From Mycobacterium tuberculosis H37Rv (GTDB lineage Bacteria > Actinomycetota > Actinomycetes > Mycobacteriales > Mycobacteriaceae): a DNA stretch of 32,000 bases. Shown piece after piece: positions 30,035 through 32,000 of the stretch. Location of the stretch: the NCBI RefSeq assembly GCF_000195955.2, contig NC_000962.3, forward strand, positions 2,400,001-2,432,000, in the 5' to 3' direction. Position 1 is the stretch's first letter. Every line of letters starts with the position of its first letter. A program made the position numbers and the translations under genes. Below the pieces are notes generated by a model. It was not told where the DNA came from. It was given only the letters and a program-made list of their open reading frames with translations, and did no database searches.

Positions 30035-30068
30035 GTGGCAAGTGGGGCCAAGTGGGGCACAACTGGGG
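30035..30068 (+). promoter_or_regulatory. Distal cluster of GTGGGG/CTGGGG repeats in the opposite orientation.
   Basis: The plus strand reads gGTGGcaaGTGGGGccaaGTGGGGcacaaCTGGGGct. T positions are at 30036, 30043, 30053 and 30064, giving spacings of 7, 10 and 11. The centre is about 135 bp from the centre of the proximal cluster. Confidence 0.5.
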
Positions 30069-30158
30069 CTCAAACCGGACTCAATATCGCCGACAGCCGG
30101 TGACGACCCGGCTGGGTGAACCGCCCCGGTGAGTCCGGAGACTCTCTGATCTGAGACC

Positions 30159-31145
30159 TCAGCCGGCGGCTGGTCTCTGGCGTTGAGCGTAGTAGGCAGC
30201 CTCGAGTTCGACCGGCGGGACGTCGCCGCAGTACTGGTAGAGGCGGCGATGGTTGAACCAGTCGACCCAGCGCGCGGTGGCCAACTCGACATCCTCGATG
30301 GACCGCCAGGGCTTGCCGGGTTTGATCAGCTCGGTCTTGTATAGGCCGTTGATCGTCTCGGCTAGTGCATTGTCATAGGAGCTTCCGACCGCTCCGACCG
30401 ACGGTTGGATGCCTGCCTCGGCGAGCCGCTCGCTGAACCGGATCGATGTGTACTGAGATCCCCTATCCGTATGGTGGATAACGTCTTTCAGGTCGAGTAC
30501 GCCTTCTTGTTGGCGGGTCCAGATGGCTTGCTCGATCGCGTCGAGGACCATGGAGGTGGCCATCGTGGAAGCGACCCGCCAGCCCAGGATCCTGCGAGCG
30601 TAGGCGTCGGTGACAAAGGCCACGTAGGCGAACCCTGCCCAGGTCGACACATAGGTGAGGTCTGCTACCCACAGCCGGTTAGGTGCTGGTGGTCCGAAGC
30701 GGCGCTGGACGAGATCGGCGGGACGGGCTGTGGCCGGATCAGCGATCGTGGTCCTGCGGGCTTTGCCGCGGGTGGTCCCGGACAGGCCGAGTTTGGTCAT
30801 CAGCCGTTCGACGGTGCATCTGGCCACCTCGATGCCCTCACGGTTCAGGGTTAGCCACACTTTGCGGGCACCGTAAACACCGTAGTTGGCGGCGTGGACG
30901 CGGCTGATGTGCTCCTTGAGTTCGCCATCGCGCAGCTCGCGGCGGCTGGGCTCCCGGTTGATGTGGTCGTAGTAGGTCGATGGGGCGATCGGCACACCCA
31001 GCTCGGTCAGCTGTGTGCAGATCGACTCGACACCCCACCGCAAACCATCGGGGCCCTCGCGGTGGCCCTGATGATCGGCGATGAACCGGGTAATTAGCGT
31101 GCTGGCCGGTCGAGCTCGGCCGCGAAGAAAGCCGACGCGGTCTTT
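30159..31145 (-). CDS. IS6110 transposase OrfB (DDE catalytic domain), expressed as an OrfAB fusion by -1 frameshifting.
   Basis: The track ORF 30159..31043 has an rve/DDE-like sequence (HTDRGSQYTS...YDNALAE). I did not check the frame upstream of 31043 codon by codon. The 31145 boundary rests on frame arithmetic and my memory of the 328-aa OrfB annotation of other IS6110 copies. Confidence 0.92.
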   Translation of the reverse strand, partial: KDRVGFLRGRARPASTLITRFIADHQGHREGPDGLRWGVESICTQLTELGVPIAPSTYYDHINREPSRRELRDGELKEHISRVHAANYGVYGARKVWLTLNREGIEVARCTVERLMTKLGLSGTTRGKARRTTIADPATARPADLVQRRFGPPAPNRLWVADLTYVSTWAGFAYVAFVTDAYARRILGWRVASTMATSMVLDAIEQAIWTRQQEGVLDLKDVIHHTDRGSQYTSIRFSERLAEAGIQPSVGAVGSSYDNALAETINGLYKTELIKPGKPWRSIEDVELATARWVDWFNHRRLYQYCGDVPPVELEAAYYAQRQRPAAG

Positions 31146-31420
31146 AAAATCGCGTTCGCCCTTCGCAATTCGGCGTTGTCCCGCCGCAAGCGCTTCAGCT
31201 CAGCGGATTCTTCGGTCGTGGTCCCGGGCCGTGCGCCGGCATCGACCTGCGCCTGGCGCACCCACTTACGCACCGTCTCCGCGCAGCCAACACCAAGTAG
31301 ACGGGCGACCTCACTGATCGCTGCCCACTCCGAATCGTGCTGACCGCGGATCTCTGCGACCATCCGCACCGCCCGCTCACGCAGCTCCGGCGGGTACCTC
31401 CTCGATGAACCACCTGACAT
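31094..31420 (-). CDS. IS6110 transposase OrfA (HTH), 108 aa.
   Basis: The ORF translation MSGGSSRRYPPELRERAVRMVAEIRGQHDSEWAAISEVARLLGV... is an IS3-family OrfA. Confidence 0.96.
   Translation of the reverse strand: MSGGSSRRYPPELRERAVRMVAEIRGQHDSEWAAISEVARLLGVGCAETVRKWVRQAQVDAGARPGTTTEESAELKRLRRDNAELRRANAILKTASAFFAAELDRPAR
31142..31149 (-). other. Programmed -1 ribosomal frameshift slippery sequence UUUUAAAG.
   Basis: The minus strand reads a-ttttaaag-a. In the orfA frame this is att tta aag (I L K), and the orfB frame is -1 relative to it. This is the known IS6110/IS3 mechanism. Confidence 0.8.
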
Positions 31421-31510
31421 GACCCCATCCTTTCCAAGAACTGGAGTCTCCGGACATGCCGGGGCGGTTCAGGGGCTTCCCGAGACTGCGATTCCCAAAC
31501 GATGACGCCC

Positions 31511-31545
31511 AAACAAAAAGCGGGACCGCCGATGGCTGCCCCGCT
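31511..31545 (-). terminator. Intrinsic terminator downstream of the DUF3040 gene.
   Basis: The minus strand reads agcggggcagcc-atc-ggcggtcccgct, about 11 pairs including one G-U and one mismatch, with a 3-nt loop. It is followed directly by tttttgttt and begins about 20 nt after the TAA stop. Confidence 0.65.
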
Positions 31546-31564
31546 GCCGCTGGTTGCGTTCGGC

Positions 31565-31969
31565 TTACTCGTCGAAGCGGCGCCGGAACCGATCTTCCAT
31601 ACGGCTGGTGAATGAGCCCCCGGCCCCCTTGGTACGACGCTGGCGCGAAGCCCCAGCAGCCGATCCGCCACGATCCATCCTGCCGGACAACCGAGGACCG
31701 GTGATGGCATACACCACACCACCGAACATCACGACAAAACCGAAAACGCTGAGTATCGGGAAACTTCCGATCATGGTCTCTTTGAACGCCACGCCGGAAA
31801 CCAACATCCCCAGACCGATGATGAACAACGCCGCGCCCTGCAGGCGCCGCCGCGCGGTCGGTGCGCGGAAGCCCCCGCCACGGACACTCGATGCGAACTT
31901 GGGATCTTCGGCGTAGAGAGCGCTCTCGATCTGGTCAAGCATCCGCTGCTCATGATCGGAGAGTGGCAT
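31565..31969 (-). CDS. DUF3040-family small membrane protein (Rv2169c-like), 134 aa.
   Basis: The N-terminus MPLSDHEQRMLDQIESALYAEDPKFA is the DUF3040 signature. It is followed by two TM segments and a basic tail. Confidence 0.85.
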   Translation of the reverse strand: MPLSDHEQRMLDQIESALYAEDPKFASSVRGGGFRAPTARRRLQGAALFIIGLGMLVSGVAFKETMIGSFPILSVFGFVVMFGGVVYAITGPRLSGRMDRGGSAAGASRQRRTKGAGGSFTSRMEDRFRRRFDE

Positions 31970-32000
31970 GCGTCCCTCCTTGCCGACAGACTGTCACGTA

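Larger units (their letters stand above)
30117..31471 (-). mobile_element. IS6110 (IS3 family), complete 1355-bp copy.
   Basis: The 28-bp imperfect terminal inverted repeats are tgaaccgccccggtgagtccggagactc (30117-30144) and the reverse complement of gagtctccggacatgccggggcggttca (31444-31471). It contains orfA and orfB with a frameshift site, and is flanked by ggg on both sides. Confidence 0.98.

Overview
This window is Mycobacterium tuberculosis-complex chromosome, H37Rv-like. I recognised it from one complete IS6110, a PE_PGRS gene, and translated FtsZ, Wag31 and Mur proteins that match sequences I recall. Nearly every gene is on the minus strand. In the direction of transcription (high to low coordinates) the order is as follows. 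(1) A DUF3040 membrane-protein gene with a clean intrinsic terminator. (2) IS6110. (3) mraZ, rsmH, an FtsL-like gene and pbpB (ftsI). (4) A roughly 4.4 kb block that is not dcw: PE_PGRS38, an LLM oxidoreductase, a frameshifted TetR regulator and an AhpD-like protein. (5) murE, murF, mraY, murD, ftsW, murG, murC, ftsQ and ftsZ. (6) The ylm block: yfiH, yggS-like, sepF, yggT-like and wag31. (7) A small membrane protein. (8) A low-coordinate accessory patch holding a phosphoribosyltransferase-domain ORF fused to an amidohydrolase relic, parD2/parE2 bracketed by a duplicated tRNA-Leu 3' end, tRNA-Leu(GAG), a 58-bp VNTR, an M20 peptidase and a truncated PEBP-family gene. I found no CRISPR array and no rRNA. 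I also found no convincing evidence for a wholly new multi-gene system. The most interesting signals are regulatory or structural. They are two oppositely oriented clusters of 10-bp-phased TGGGG (MraZ-box-like) repeats upstream of mraZ; IS6110 inserted 258 bp upstream of mraZ with its 3' end facing the dcw operon; a near-perfect 24-bp palindrome next to a TTGACA hexamer upstream of an operon whose own TetR is frameshifted and which abuts murE by 22 nt; a tRNA-3'-end direct repeat flanking parDE2; and a 31% G+C inverted-repeat island upstream of wag31. ORF-track starts are the longest possible ORFs. I shortened several using SD motifs, 4-nt start/stop overlaps and remembered protein lengths.
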